DNA of 62,844 bases, counting the filler, from Octopus bimaculoides (taxonomy: Eukaryota), in assembly GCF_001194135.2 (NCBI RefSeq). It is 9 parts of 9 records of this genome, joined end to end, with 100 filler letters (N's around TTAATTAATTAA, not from the genome) between each part and the next. Parts side by side here need not be neighbours in the genome. Positions count along the whole stretch, not along the records: positions 28,291 to 35,932 come from NC_068995.1; positions 36,033 to 37,101 come from NC_068983.1; positions 37,202 to 43,582 come from NC_069009.1; 6 more parts are not named here. The stretch is one strand, 5' to 3'. The translations under genes were made by a program, and so were the position numbers. Below are positions 28,191 through 41,189 of the stretch, one piece after another. Below the pieces are notes generated by a model that did not search any database, was not told where the DNA came from, and saw only the letters and a list, made by a program, of their open reading frames with translations. How positions within the stretch are numbered: position 1 is the stretch's first letter; each line of letters opens with the position of its first letter.

Positions 28191-28510
28191 NNNNNNNNNN
28201 NNNNNNNNNNNNNNNNNNNNNNNNNNNNNNNNNNTTAATTAATTAANNNNNNNNNNNNNNNNNNNNNNNNNNNNNNNNNNNNNNNNNNNNATATATATAT
28301 ATAGACACATACATGAATTATGTATGTGTCTCTCTTACGTATGTATATATATATATATATCAATGTATATATACAGACATACACGCATACGCACATACGC
28401 ACATATGTATGTATTTATGTGTAATTTCCGGTAACTATGTTGAATCCTATTGTTCATCTTTGTTTACTGTTATTGTTTCCATTATCGCATCGTTGTTGTA
28501 TGACGTATGT

Positions 28511-28551
<41 letters not shown>

Positions 28552-29029
28552 AGTGCGCGTGTTTTTGTGCATCTGTCTGTGTGTATGTATGCTCGTTTGT
28601 ATGCGAGTGTGAGCGTATAGGCATGCATCTCTGTCTCCAGTGGCATACACCCAGCTATATGTGTACGCGTGTGTGTTTGTGTGTGCGAGAGAGAGAGAAG
28701 GAGAAAGAGAGAGAGTCTCTGTGTGTAAGTACGTGTATGAGTTCTTTTTGTATATATGTGTATATATGCGTATTTGTCAGTATCTCCACATGTATGTATA
28801 TGGTTTGTAATGTGTCTGCCTATGCGAGTAAATATATGTTTGTGTCTGAAAACTGTCTCTACATATGTGTGTGTGTGTGCGTGCGTGTGCGTGCGTGAGC
28901 GTGTGTCTACGTAAGTATGATTAATACTAATATTATGTCATCAGCATCTCATTGTAATTGTCTGCCGACAACATCGGACATCAATTTAACAGAAACCCAT
29001 TAATCTATTCCCTCAACACAATGTCATCT

Positions 29030-29490
29030 CTTATACACTTACTGCATCCATTACACTTATCTGCCGCTACATTTTCTTTACACAAAACGCTTACTTCATT
29101 CACTAAATTGTACAATGTCCCTCTACACTTACTTCCTACACTTCACTTTGCTATATGCTACACTTCCTTTCTACAATACACTTAGTTATTACGCTACATT
29201 TTGGTTGCGCTACACTTCCTTTACACAATACACTTACTGCATTTACTACACTTTACTATGTACTGCTACACTTACCTCATACACTGTAATTGCTCCATAC
29301 ACTATTCTTTGCTATGTGCTACACTTCCTTTGTCTTGTATACTTACTTCATACTCCACACTTACTTCAAACAATACACTTCTTTCATACTTTTATACCAT
29401 CGGCTACAACGCCTTCATACAACACACTTCATGCTCTACATTTTTCTTATGCTACACTTCCCTTGCCTTATTATGCGTTACACTTCCCCC
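29030..29490. repeat. Degenerate tandem repeat built on TACACTT
   Basis: More than 15 tacactt(cct/act) motifs at irregular 10-30 bp spacing. Confidence 0.7.
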
Positions 29491-29519
29491 CTTGAGATGG
29501 AGGTGGTAGTGATGGGGAA

Positions 29520-29737
29520 AGTGATTGATTGATTGTTGTTATTGTTGCTGTGGTGGTGGTGGAGATGGTGATTATGGTGAAGAGGTCGTGATAGTGGTGG
29601 TGGAGCTAGTAGTGGTGGTCATGGTGATAATGGTGATTGTTGTAATTGTAGTCGAGGTACTTGAAGTGTAGGTGGTAGTAGTGGTATTAGATGGGTTATT
29701 ATTGTTGGTAACGAGGTGGTGGTGGGGCTGATAATAA

Positions 29738-29787
<50 letters not shown>

Positions 29788-30325
29788 CTTGTAAAAGTAG
29801 CAGCAGTAGCAGCGATAACTGAGAAATTACATCGGATTAACATTTGAAAGACGACATCCAATGAAGTTTTAACAATGATGGAAGAAGAAGAAGAAGAAGN
29901 NNNNNNNNNNNNNNNNNNNNNNNNNNNNNNNNNNNNNNNNNNNNNNNNNNNNNNNNNNNNNNNNNNNNNNNNNNNNNNNNNNNNNNNNNNNNNNNNNNNN
30001 NNNNNNNNNNNNNNNNNNNNNNNNNNNNNNNNNNNNNNNNNNNNNNNNNNNNNNNNNNNNNNNNNNNNNNNNNNNNNNNNNNNNNNNNNNNNNNNNNNNN
30101 NNNNNNNNNNNNNNNNNNNNNNNNNNNNNNNNNNNNAGAAGGAAGAGGAAGACGAAAAGGAAGAGGTGGAGGAGGAGAAGTAAAAGAAGGAGGAAGAGGA
30201 AAAAAGGAGAAGTAGAAGAAAAAAGAGAAAGAAGAGAAGAAGTAGGAGGAAGAGAAGTAGAAGTAGAAGTAGAAGGAGGAAGCGAAAAAAGGCGAAGAAG
30301 AAGAAGAAGAAGAAGAAGAAGACAA
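29520..30325. repeat. Compound trinucleotide microsatellite (GGT/TAG/GAA)
   Basis: Direct reading: (GTA)n at 29735-29788 and (GAA)n flanking an N gap. Confidence 0.9.
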
Positions 30326-30544
30326 CGGCAGCAGTAAAACAGAGATCGGCTGCTCATTAATGGATACCTTGTCTCAGTTGTTTATTTATTTGTTTGTTTA
30401 TTCTTCTCTTTGGTTTGGGTTCTTTTGTTTTTGTTTTTTTTTGGTTTCTACTATTACTTTGCTGGGAACTTGCGGAATAAAGAAATAAAGAAATTTAAAA
30501 AAAAAAGAAAAAATATTGAAGAACTGAACGAAATCTAAAGCTAG

Positions 30545-30660
30545 AGATTATGGCGGATATGACGTCACTGCTGCTGAGCGAGTCGGTCACGTGTATTGTT
30601 GCTTCTTGTGTTTTTACTGGCGATGGTACTGGCGTTTCCAATGATAAATACCACCACCCA

Positions 30661-30703
<43 letters not shown>

Positions 30704-30825
30704 AGACAAGTTAAAGAAAAGTGTACGTTTTATAAAACAAAATATAACAGGCGTAAAGAACAACAGAAATAAACAAAACTTATAAAAAATGTCCCGAATG
30801 ACAGAAAAATGGCAGCCATCTTGGA
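30545..30825. promoter_or_regulatory. Candidate housekeeping-type promoter
   Basis: ATGGCGG 30550, CRE TGACGTCA 30560-67, E-box GTCACGTG 30586-93, YY1-like AAAATGGC 30806-13 and GCCATCTT 30815-22. Locally CpG-enriched. Confidence 0.4.
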
Positions 30826-31269
30826 TAAGTGGGGATCTTAAACTTTGAGAGGTGTAGGGTTCCCTCAGCCCTTGCTACGGGAGTAATGTTTCGTCTCCCA
30901 GCTGAGGCCTCTGGTCTTCAGGGCCATACTGAAAGTGGACTCGATCATTCGAGCCAAACTCCTTACTCTCACCCAGTTGAAGGGAGACTGTGTGGTCGCT
31001 TGATCTGCTAGAAATAGCTGTGAAATCTTCTTCAAATCACATCCTTGCCTCTTAAGAAAAGGACACCTTGGATAATGCCATTTCAAGTTGTCTGTGCATA
31101 GACAAAAGATGTGGGGTGGGTTTCTGTTGGAATGCGTTTGATTATAGATTTGCTCAGAAAAAGCTGAGTCGGATGTGGGCTATAAACAACAACAACAGCA
31201 GCAGCAGCAGTAGCAGCAGCATGAACAACAGCGACATCAAGAAATTTTCAGAATGTTTACTAGAGGGAT

Positions 31270-31450
31270 AAAAGACATATAGAGGCTGTCAGCTCTGTAT
31301 AAGGAACATCGGAGTATCGAGAACAGTATCGTCAGGATGACTGGCAAGGATGAAACTCATCTGTCATTCCTCAAAAGTTCGAAAATGAAGAGATTTGGTT
31401 ATATAAGACGATGCTATAAACATTTTAGGAGGTGTCTATCTAATATGGTC
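31270..31450 (+). mobile_element. Old RTE-like RT C-terminal remnant
   Basis: EHRSIENSIVRMTG...LKSSKMKRFGYIRR resembles the EHRTNEEVL...KLKYFGHI motif. Confidence 0.4.
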
Positions 31451-32893
31451 ACATATGGATGAAGCCTTGATAAAATAGATACAGAGACATAAGAGAAAAA
31501 AGAGGTTGAGAAAAATCAAGTGTCGTTAAAGGTATTGCTGTTAAAAGGCAAAGAGTCGGAAAGGATTTTGCAAGGTCACTTGCGGCATTCTCTGGCACTC
31601 CTGCCGAGATATTGCTTGGGATTGGTATGTTTTTACAGACCCTGAAAGAATGTAAGACAAAGTTGAGCCTGGCATAGATTTTCACCATTTTATCTCCTGT
31701 ATGAAACCAGGAGAGTTCCGTGCAGAGAAGAAGATGCGGAGAAATATGAATTCTGCTGATGGTTAGGAAAAATGGAGGTAGAAGGTTCTGCTGTGACCCT
31801 TGCGGCCTATCTTGATTATAGATCCTGACTGATTAATTGATTGATTGAAAAATAGAACTGTACCCCTATTCTGTATCAATGACAATAAAAAAAGGAATCT
31901 CGCGTTCACGTGGAGTCTGATATCGTCTGCAAGAAGTTAAACGGAACAGAACATTTGTGTCATTCTTTATTTCATCGACTAAGAAAACAACGACAGGGAA
32001 AAGTAATTCATTTGAATTCAGAAGGTAAAGTGACGTTATGTCATAGCGTTAAGTCGTTGATTCAGACGTTCGACCATTCCTGTTGCTCCAATTCCTTTCG
32101 ATTTTCAGTGATATTCATGGTTCTTTATCTTCTTGTTTTTTATCGGTTTTCTTTATCTTGTATCTTGTTTATGAATTCCTCAAATAATGTCTGTAATAGA
32201 GGCGGTTCCACTGAATTACACACCGTATGCTGATTCTGAAATCATTGGCAGATATTTTCCACACAACTTACAACAATATATAATTTACCGTTAAGGAATT
32301 AAGATAAATTCTACAAACAAATAGGATTTATTTACAAGAGTTAGAGAGAAAGAAAAAGAGCGAGAAAGATAGTAAGAGAGTAAGAGAAGGAGGGGGGGGA
32401 TAAAAGGCAAATGCAAAAATTGAGCGGGAGAATAATGAAATATTTAGAGAAACGAAGGAAATAAGCATGACAAATGTAGGATTTATGGAAATAGTGTAAA
32501 AAAAGGAATTTATAATCGGAATTTTCATATGTATGATGTCTTTATATATATACGTATATACATAATAGCTAGATGTGTGTGGTGTATAGCTGATGTATAA
32601 TATATACACAATATATATACTATATATATATATTTATGCATATACATACATACGTACGTACGTATATACTTATGCATGTATATATGACTGGTGTAATATA
32701 CCTTGATCGGATTATCAATTGTATTTTTTCTGCATTGTAATCTGCAATACGCTATATTTTTATCTTCAGCTGCCATATTTCTGGTTTTATAGGTATGTAT
32801 GTACGTATGTATGTATGTATGTATGTATGTATGTATGTATGTATGTATGCCTGTGTGTGTGTATGTCTATTTCCATGTACGTATGCATGTATG

Positions 32894-32935
<42 letters not shown>

Positions 32936-33020
32936 AATATATGGGTGTATGAATGTGTGAATGTGTGTTTGTATAGGTGAGCGTGTATGTATGGTGTATG
33001 TGTGCGTGTATGCATGTGCG

Positions 33021-33051
<31 letters not shown>

Positions 33052-33540
33052 ATATATATATATATACATAATTGTATGTGTATATATATATAATTATATG
33101 TGTGTAGGTATGCACGCACATACATACACACGCGTACAAACAAGCATGCGCAAGCACACACACACAAACACACACATACACACACTCACACACACACACA
33201 CACACAAACACACACATACACACACTCACACACACACACAAACACACACAAACACACACTCACTCACACATACACACATGTCATATGTAGTTACTCTTTT
33301 TAACGTATTAAACCCTCAAACTTATAAAACCCGCCCAACGTGAAGAAACATCTGGAAACTTTAGGAATCCCCTAAAATCTTGGTGTGTTGCAAGAATCGG
33401 TTTCATTTGGACCTACACGCATACTGCGTAGAATACCGTTTGTCTGAGGCCCTTGTTGTGAGTTGACAAGTAATGCAAACCCCCGGTACATACAATATCT
33501 ACAATCTACATCTCAACATTGGGTACTGCGTGACGTTTCC

Positions 33541-33584
<44 letters not shown>

Positions 33585-34362
33585 TGATGATGATGATGAT
33601 AATCCTTCCTACTATAGGTACAAGGACTGAAATTTGGTGGGAGGAGGTAAGTCAATCATATTGACCCCAGTACTTGACTGATACTTAATTTATCGACCCC
33701 GAAAGAATGAAAGGCAAAGGCAACCTCGGCGTAATTTGAACTCTGAACGTAAAGACAGACGTAAATACCGCTAAACATTTCGCCTGGCGTTCTAACGATT
33801 CTGCCAGCTCGCTGCCTTCATAATAACAAGAACAAGAACAACAATAATAATAATAGGCACGTCTTAATATTTTTCCTTTTTAACTCCGAACCTCAGTTCT
33901 ATAAATATGTCGCCATAAATTCTATTCCGATGTGCACGTTAAACATAAACCTTGTGTGTGAGCAAGTACTGTAGTTTTATATATATTCATCACTTCTCGG
34001 TGTTGGTACTTTTGGTATTATTATAAAAACGTTCCACATTCGATATTGCTCACCAACTTTTCCATGGAAACGTTAATATTCCAAATAAAAGTTCATTGGT
34101 TCTTTAGATTATAACATTTTTAGATTGGTCTGGAAAAGACAAATAAATAGATAAACAAAACAAAAGAAATAAAGGAAGAAAAGAAAAGAAAAAAAAACAG
34201 AATTTCCTTTTGGATATCAGCATCAATCGATCAAGTCTAATAATATTGAACTTCATTCGATATTCACCTCATGTTATCACGATTAGTCACAGCTAACAAA
34301 GTTGGCTTTAAATCAACAAAATAGATCGGCTGCGCAGAGATTAGTAACTTGGCGAAGCATCA

Positions 34363-34423
<61 letters not shown>

Positions 34424-34901
34424 GTAATCATATTGTTGTTGTCGCTGTTGTTGTTGTTGTTGTTGTTGTTGTTGCTGTTGTTGTCGTCGTCGTTGTAGTT
34501 GTTTTTGTTATGGTTGTCCAAATGACCGTTTTATAACATAAAGCTATCTTAAATTCAATAACAGCTAAGATCAGTGTGCAATATTAATTTTCATTATAAA
34601 CACAAGAATAATAATTTAAGCTGGGCGAGTCTATTCTCTGTTTATTAATGGTTCAGTCCACTCTGCACCAAGCAGTCAGGCCGGGATTCCGGTGAGACCG
34701 TACCTTTCTCCTTTCCTCGCATGATTGTCAAGACTAGGATATGGGACTGATAAATCTTTAATCCCCCTCTGGTCATCATACTCTCCTTGTTCTCTGTTTT
34801 TATTTTAACCGCCATCATCACCTTCGAGGTCACTGTCAATACTATTCTAGTAAAAGGAATATATATACATACATACATACATATACATAAATACATATAT
34901 G

Positions 34902-34933
<32 letters not shown>

Positions 34934-35765
34934 TATAAATGTATGTATGTATGTATGTATGTATGTATGTATATAAATGTATGGTAAATATACATGCTAC
35001 ATAGTATATAGTGAGTGTAAAACCGGACGGTAGACAAACACAGAAGGTTCCTAGTTCTTCATCAGTTACCAACCAATTGCTAATACTCTGTCACGCCCCT
35101 TTAATGGTAAGACTGAGAGCTTCGCAACTGGCGTCGCCCACACACAAAAAAAAAAGAAGAATTCTTTTTGCGGAGAATTCAGGGACAAAGCAAACAAAAC
35201 AAAAGAAAGCAAAATGACACATAGTGTGATTTAGGACGGTGGACAAGGACGAACAGTTGAGCAAAATATAGCCTAAGGGCCAAGAAGACGAGAATAGTGG
35301 GTAACAGACATTTTCTGATGAAGAATTAGGGACCTTCTGTGTTTCCTATATGTATATTCTATTTCGCCCAGAGTCACTTCGGGGCTCTATTTCGCTGATG
35401 AGGACTATTAACACCAAAATATGACCGGAGTTGTCCTCCACCCTTTAATACCAAATACCAAACAAACACTCTATTAAACTCTATTTGTAGTTTATTTTAA
35501 TTAATCTTAATTCCAGACGATGTAATTAAGATAAAGATTTTTCTCTCCTGGCTACAGACCTAATTTTCCTTAATTAAAATTTTGTATGTAGGTTATTTTA
35601 AGTTAATTAATATCTATTTTACTTAATGTCAATAAAGTTTTTAGACCATGGGTCGGCAAAGCTGTCTGTATTGACGTCTGGGGTCTGTGAGTCTATCGAA
35701 GAGATCAATAAAAACCTGAAACGATTTTAAGCGTTAACGGATCTGATTTATTATAATTATAAATA

Positions 35766-35932
35766 CGCAGGAGTGGCTGTGTGGTAAGTAGCTTGCTTAC
35801 CACCCACATGGTTCCAGGTTCAGTCCTATTGCGTGGCACCTTGGGCAAGTGTCTTCTACTATAGCCTTGGGTCGACCAAAGCCTTGTGAGTGGATTTGGT
35901 AGACGGAAACTGAAAGAAGCCCGTCGTATATA
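35766..35932 (+). mobile_element. tRNA-derived SINE family A (CORE-like); other copies at 1-135, 1068-1225(-), 10185-10262, 20440-20830, 21070-21300(-), 43258-43582(-), 43683-44005, 55655-55945, 60230-60560(-) and 60979-61135
   Basis: Box A (tggctgtgtggt) and box B (ggttcagtcc), the CORE-like accttgggcaagt motif, and a variable (TA/TG)n insert between the 5' and 3' modules. Confidence 0.9.
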
Positions 35933-36039
35933 NNNNNNNNNNNNNNNNNNNNNNNNNNNNNNNNNNNNNNNNNNNNTTAATTAATTAANNNNNNNNNNNN
36001 NNNNNNNNNNNNNNNNNNNNNNNNNNNNNNNNGACTTGG

Positions 36040-36900
36040 AAAAGAAGCTATCCTGTTAGTTAAACAAGTTTTCAACAGCTGATAAGACATCATCACTATG
36101 ATATTGGTTCAAAACCGAGGATTTTTTTTTTATATATGTAGGGGATATAGATAATAAGATGAGGTCAAATCATTAAAGTCAGGAGGGTGGCTTAGCAGTC
36201 CAAAGCCAATCACACACAGCAGCCATCGAAACCAATTACTTGTGCACTGGAGTATTTGTTTCGATGAAAGAAAAACATACTCGACAGTTTTCCTTGCATT
36301 TGGCCTTGATAGCCTTTCGCAACTGCCTTAGAAAGGTGGCACAGTACAGCACTCTCCATTGATGGTGAGAGCCTTTGAAAGTAGTCAATAAACACGATGC
36401 TTTTTGCAATCCAAAATACTGAGGCCATCACGACCTTCTTTAGAGTAAGTGTTGAGGAGTGTCTCTACTGTTAGATTATCTCTTATTCTCTAACTCAAAA
36501 TGATAAACCCAACACATTTAAGGAAACTGGATTTGCCTCAAGCAATGTCAGATATTATCAAAATGTGATCAGCCTGGCGCCCTTTTAATCAGGTGTCAGA
36601 AGAAGCAACACCCACCAAGCAGAAACTTTCATAATGCCAAATTTATTGTGTAGAATATTCTCAGATCTCACACGTGATATGCTAATAACATTGGCAATTT
36701 ATTTTTTTTAGTCCAGTGGAGGCAGTTGCAGACTGTTCAGATTATTAGTCTTCTCAAATCAGTTAATCAGTTTTGCACTGTTGATAAAACTGGAGCATCA
36801 TCCTCCGATATATCAACATGTTCTTGGGGACTAAATCATTTTTCTACAGGTACTTGATAACAGCATGATGCCAAATTTTGTTCATCTTGAAGAGAAGTCA
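36040..36900 (-). mobile_element. Decayed mariner transposase
   Basis: Fragments MNKIWHHAVIKYL, LLTPD*KGARL and MASVFWIAKSIVFIDYFQ match the mariner WVP..LT / VFWD..G motifs. Multiple stops and frameshifts. Confidence 0.85.
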
Positions 36901-37201
36901 CTAATAGTTACTTTTGAAGTTTTCTCTGAACATTCAAATGTCAGTTTACCAAGAAAGAAATAATGAAGCTATAAGTAGTGTTAAAATGGAAGTAAGCCGA
37001 GTTTTTGCATCACTCCATAATTCACACGTATATGAAAAAAACTGTATCAACATATTCCAAAAGTTTTCCTACGCTCACACGTTTTGTTAATGAAACGTTT
37101 CNNNNNNNNNNNNNNNNNNNNNNNNNNNNNNNNNNNNNNNNNNNNTTAATTAATTAANNNNNNNNNNNNNNNNNNNNNNNNNNNNNNNNNNNNNNNNNNN
37201 N

Positions 37202-37912
37202 CCCTCCTGCTCCCACACCTACCCGGCCATGCTTTCCTGAAGCAGGGGTCGGCAAGGGAAGAGTCACTGATGCTGTCGACACCACTGGCATCCCACTGAC
37301 CACATGGTGGCCAGCATGTTGCTGTTGCTGTTGCTGCTGCGGCAGAGGAGGAGGACCATGCAGGTGTTGCTGTTGCTGGGTCGGAAGAGCCAAAAGGGGT
37401 GGTGGCGCTGATGTCTGCCCCACTAATTGCGATTCGTCCATTGTGCTGCCAGCACGATGGTGATAAACCATCTGGTCGTGTTGCTGTTGTTGTTGCTGCT
37501 GTTGTTGGCTGATCGAGGTCAAGAGGTCGATCCCAACTAACGACTGCGAAGGAGCGGATGCTGGAACGTAGTTGCTGGTCATGGATTGGTGACCACTGGC
37601 CGTTGACTGTCCCAAGTGACCACTACTTGGTGCTTGTTGTTGTTGCTGTTGTTGCCCACTTCTGGTTTGTTGTGGTGGTGGTGGTTGCTGTTGTTGTTGC
37701 TGTTGTTTCTGAGCCATATGACTGTGGGCCGTTGGCTGAGATCCTCGGCCGTGCTGTGAGGTCAAATGTGATGACTGCTGACTCTGACCTGGTCCCTGAC
37801 TTTGCTGCTGCTGCTGTTGTTGTTGTTGTTGTTGTGGTGGTGGTGGTGGTTGCCCAATTGCGGCTGCCTGACTACTGGATACTGATGATACAACCTGCTG
37901 CTGCTGGGGTTG
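37202..37912 (-). CDS. CBLL1: Hakai low-complexity Q/P/H/S-rich C-terminal region (continuation after gap; stop codon not visible)
   Basis: Open frame QPQQQQVVSSVSS...GKHGRVGVGAGG between the gap at 37913-38310 and the spacer at 37102-37201. The frame differs from the upstream part only across the unresolved gap. Hakai has a Pro-rich tail. Confidence 0.75.
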
Positions 37913-38310
37913 NNNNNNNNNNNNNNNNNNNNNNNNNNNNNNNNNNNNNNNNNNNNNNNNNNNNNNNNNNNNNNNNNNNNNNNNNNNNNNNNNNNNNNNN
38001 NNNNNNNNNNNNNNNNNNNNNNNNNNNNNNNNNNNNNNNNNNNNNNNNNNNNNNNNNNNNNNNNNNNNNNNNNNNNNNNNNNNNNNNNNNNNNNNNNNNN
38101 NNNNNNNNNNNNNNNNNNNNNNNNNNNNNNNNNNNNNNNNNNNNNNNNNNNNNNNNNNNNNNNNNNNNNNNNNNNNNNNNNNNNNNNNNNNNNNNNNNNN
38201 NNNNNNNNNNNNNNNNNNNNNNNNNNNNNNNNNNNNNNNNNNNNNNNNNNNNNNNNNNNNNNNNNNNNNNNNNNNNNNNNNNNNNNNNNNNNNNNNNNNN
38301 NNNNNNNNNN

Positions 38311-38535
38311 TGTGGGTGTGGCTGCTGGGGTTGGGGTGGCTGTGTCTTTGAAGCTGGCGGAGGGTCAGGTCCTGCACCTTGCCGCAAATGACGGTGGTTG
38401 ATGTGGGCTTGCAGGTCACGCTGAGACAGGTATGTCCGGCGACATCCAGACACACCATGTTTTGCACCACCAAAGGTGCATACAAACACAGAACCCAACG
38501 CTGACTGCTCAATTCGTTGCACAGGGTCACCACAT
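38311..38535 (-). CDS. CBLL1: E3 ubiquitin ligase Hakai, 5' part of last coding exon (end of RING region plus C2H2/HYB zinc-binding motif)
   Basis: Acceptor ttttctttttctgcAG at 38537-38536. One nt completes the previous codon, then [49 protein letters not shown], matching the recalled Hakai motif [10 protein letters not shown]...[20 protein letters not shown]. Runs into an N gap at 38310. Confidence 0.95.
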
Positions 38536-38619
38536 CTGCAGAAAAAGAAAATGATAACTGATGGAAAAGAAACAAAAATTTACAGAAAAACTAAACAAAA
38601 TGCATAAAAAAGTGCCAAT

Positions 38620-39190
38620 CTCCAAATTTGGAAGGAAACTGGGGAAGAGGTAAACCCAGGAAGATGTGGGATGAGGTGGTGAAATGTGATCTTTGGATGC
38701 TGAATCTCACTGAGGATGACAAGTGACTAACACCTTTGATGATTTGCTCTAAAGACATGTCAAGCTCAATGAAATCATTATCATGGCCAGTGCTGGTGAC
38801 ACATGAAAGGTACCCATGCCAGTGATGCATGTGAGGTACTCATTCTGGTGACATGTAAAAGACACCCATGCCAGTGACACATGGAAAAAAAACCCCCCAT
38901 CCTGGTGACACATAAAAAGCACCTGTGCCAGTGAAACATATAAAGCATCCATACCAGTGAGAAGTAAAAGGCATCCATGCCAGTGCCAGTGATATGCTGA
39001 AGGAATCCATGCCAGTGATATGTAAAAGGTTTTCATGTCAGAGACACATAGAAGATACAACACCTGACACATAAAAAGCACCCGGTACAATTTGTAAAAT
39101 GGCTAGCATTAGGAAGGGCATCCAGCTGTAGAAATCAAGCCAAACTGACTGGAGCCTGGAGCAGTTCTCTGGCTTGCCAGCTCCAGTAAA
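38620..39190 (+). mobile_element. RTE LINE 3' end (family C) with expanded ~29-bp tandem array
   Basis: GRGKPRKMWDEVVKCDL peptide, about 10 degenerate catgccagtgacacatgtaaaaggcacc units, then the ggaagggcatccagc 3' UTR. Confidence 0.75.
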
Positions 39191-39260
39191 AATACGAATT
39201 GTAAAAATAGACCAAAAAATAGACCTAGAAAAATAATTTGGTTTGCCCCTCCTTTCTTCC

Positions 39261-40205
39261 TTAACCCTTTCGTTACTAACCCGGCCGTAGCTGGCCCAAA
39301 AAAATTTTGGTTCATAAGACTAACCTGGCCATAGCCGGCCGAGCGTACCCATTGTTATTTAAATGTATATTTGAACCCAAATCTCGTTAGTACATTCGTT
39401 AAAACACCTGATTTCACTTTGCAAACAGTTGAGTTATTGTCTCTGACATTGTTTGGCGTGATATTTGAACTCAGTGAATTTTGGAAGATTTTTTTCCACA
39501 TTTTTTGCGGCGTTGATTTTTTTTCAACTTTGAAGATGGAGAGGAGTTTCATGCTATCAAGCAATGATTCCGAATTTGAAGGTTTTTCAATAGAAGATAT
39601 GGAGATATCGAAGAAAAGAATGAATGAGCTACAANNNNNNNNNNNNNNNNNNNNNNNNNNNNNNNNNNNNNNNNNNNNNNNNNNNNNNNNNNNNNNNNNN
39701 NNNNNNNNNNNNNNNNNNNNNNNNNNNNNNNNNNNNNNNNNNNNNNNNNNNNNNNNNNNNNNNNNNNNNNNNNNNNNNNNNNNNNNNNNNNNNNNNNNNN
39801 NNNNNNNNNNNNNNNNNNNNNNNNNNNNNNNNNNNNNNNNNNNNNNNNNNNNNGGTATTAGACAGTTACCCAGAATAACATATTACTGGAGCGATCAGGA
39901 ACCTTTTGGCGATGAATATATTTCCAGTATTATGAATGAGTACGATTCGTGAAGCTGAACCAATATTTACATGTGAGAGACACTAGCAGTACCCCAGTAC
40001 GTGGAGAACTTTCAGACAAAAATTATGCAATAGATGATTAAGAACCCTTTCTTTAATTATGTTCCAAATATCACATTAATATGTTGATAAATAAAAAAGT
40101 AACAGGTGTTTAATGAGACTAGTCTAAATTCATGATTATTTTGGAATTTAATTGAAACTCATGAGGGGTGTATTTTGGTCAGAAATATAGTAACGAAAGG
40201 GTTAA
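39261..40205 (+). mobile_element. Internally deleted piggyBac transposon in Hakai intron
   Basis: TTAA-CCCTTTCGTTACTA at 39261 and TAGTAACGAAAGGG-TTAA ending at 40205 (TIRs with TTAA TSD). Acidic N-terminus (SSNDSEFEGFS) and the core fragment GIRQLPRITYYWS...ISSIM are present. Confidence 0.92.
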
Positions 40206-40219
40206 TGTTAAGATTGATA

Positions 40220-40810
40220 CAGCCAAGAAATCCCTGTCTCTTTTTGATAAACATTTTCCAATAAATCATAAATCCAGGAAAATTTTTAACTGATGCTCAA
40301 TAAAAATATACAGCTGCTGCACCAATATGAAGAACATTCTAGCTGACAAAAATCACCAAGAAACCACTCCTGATCATAGTTGTCAAGACCCTGAAGCTTG
40401 CCCACTTCACCAGACACATGTCTGGTGAAGTGGGCAAGCTTCATATATGAGGCTGAAGTTACAGCTATGCTCCAAAACAAATCAATTGAAAAGAAGAATT
40501 ACATCGGACTATGTGAGGGTGAATTCAAGAGACATTATGCAAACCACCTATATTTTTCCCAACACATCAATAAAAGTAGTGCAACTAAGTTGTATGGAAT
40601 TTGAAGGGTAGCTCCACATCACACACAATTAAGTGGAGAATAGTGCAGAAATCCAAGTCATATGTTAATCAATCTAAGAAATGCAACTTATGCATAGCAG
40701 AAAAATCTCATATTCTTCTTAGATTCAGCAATTTCAACACATTGCTTAATTCCAGATCTGAAATTTTTAGCAGGAGCAGACACATGAACAGGTTTCTTTT
40801 ATTAAATTGG
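40220..40810 (+). mobile_element. Penelope-like retroelement remnant (RT thumb/linker, Cys cluster, GIY-YIG endonuclease), frameshifted
   Basis: Pieces read LFDKHFPINHKSRKIFN, CQDPEACPL, IYEAEVT...NYIGLCEGEFKRHY and IKWRIVQKSKSYVNQSKKCNLCIAEK...LLNSRSEIFSRSRHMNRFLL, typical of the PLE C-terminus. Confidence 0.85.
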
Positions 40811-41104
40811 AGGTCACCACCCACTCCAGACTTTCACATTTTTTGTTATTTTGCTCTAAATCAGTTCCATTTAATGTGTTTTCTGCAATCAGGGAGGACG
40901 AGGATTGTAGTTCTTCATTTCGTTTCTTTTTCTTGTTCCATTTTTTGCACCAACTTTCTTAATGTATTTTCTTATTGTCCAGCCTCCTTGTTTTTAAAAA
41001 TTATAAATAACGCCTAAGCAGAACTTGAAAGCTTGCTTTATGCCTTTTCAAGTATCATAATAGCATGAGACTATTAGTAGCTCTTTTGGTTGTGTATTTA
41101 ATTT

Positions 41105-41152
<48 letters not shown>

Positions 41153-41189
41153 GAGAGATAGATAGATAGATATGAATTAGAAGCAGCCC

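Noticed and set aside
30900-30925. Histone stem-loop-like ggtcttcagggcc
   Set aside because: Does not match the 16-nt consensus, and there is no histone ORF upstream.
37558-38391. 277-aa plus-strand ORF (poly-V/A)
   Set aside because: Antisense shadow of the CAG/CAA-rich Hakai exon, mostly gap.
40300-40312. In-frame TGA in the PLE remnant as a possible selenocysteine codon
   Set aside because: It falls where Arg (CGA) is expected, the element has other frameshifts, and no SECIS was seen; CpG decay explains it.
41010-41040. GAAAGCTT palindrome after the PLE ORF
   Set aside because: The CUGANGA core and helix II are not recognisable.
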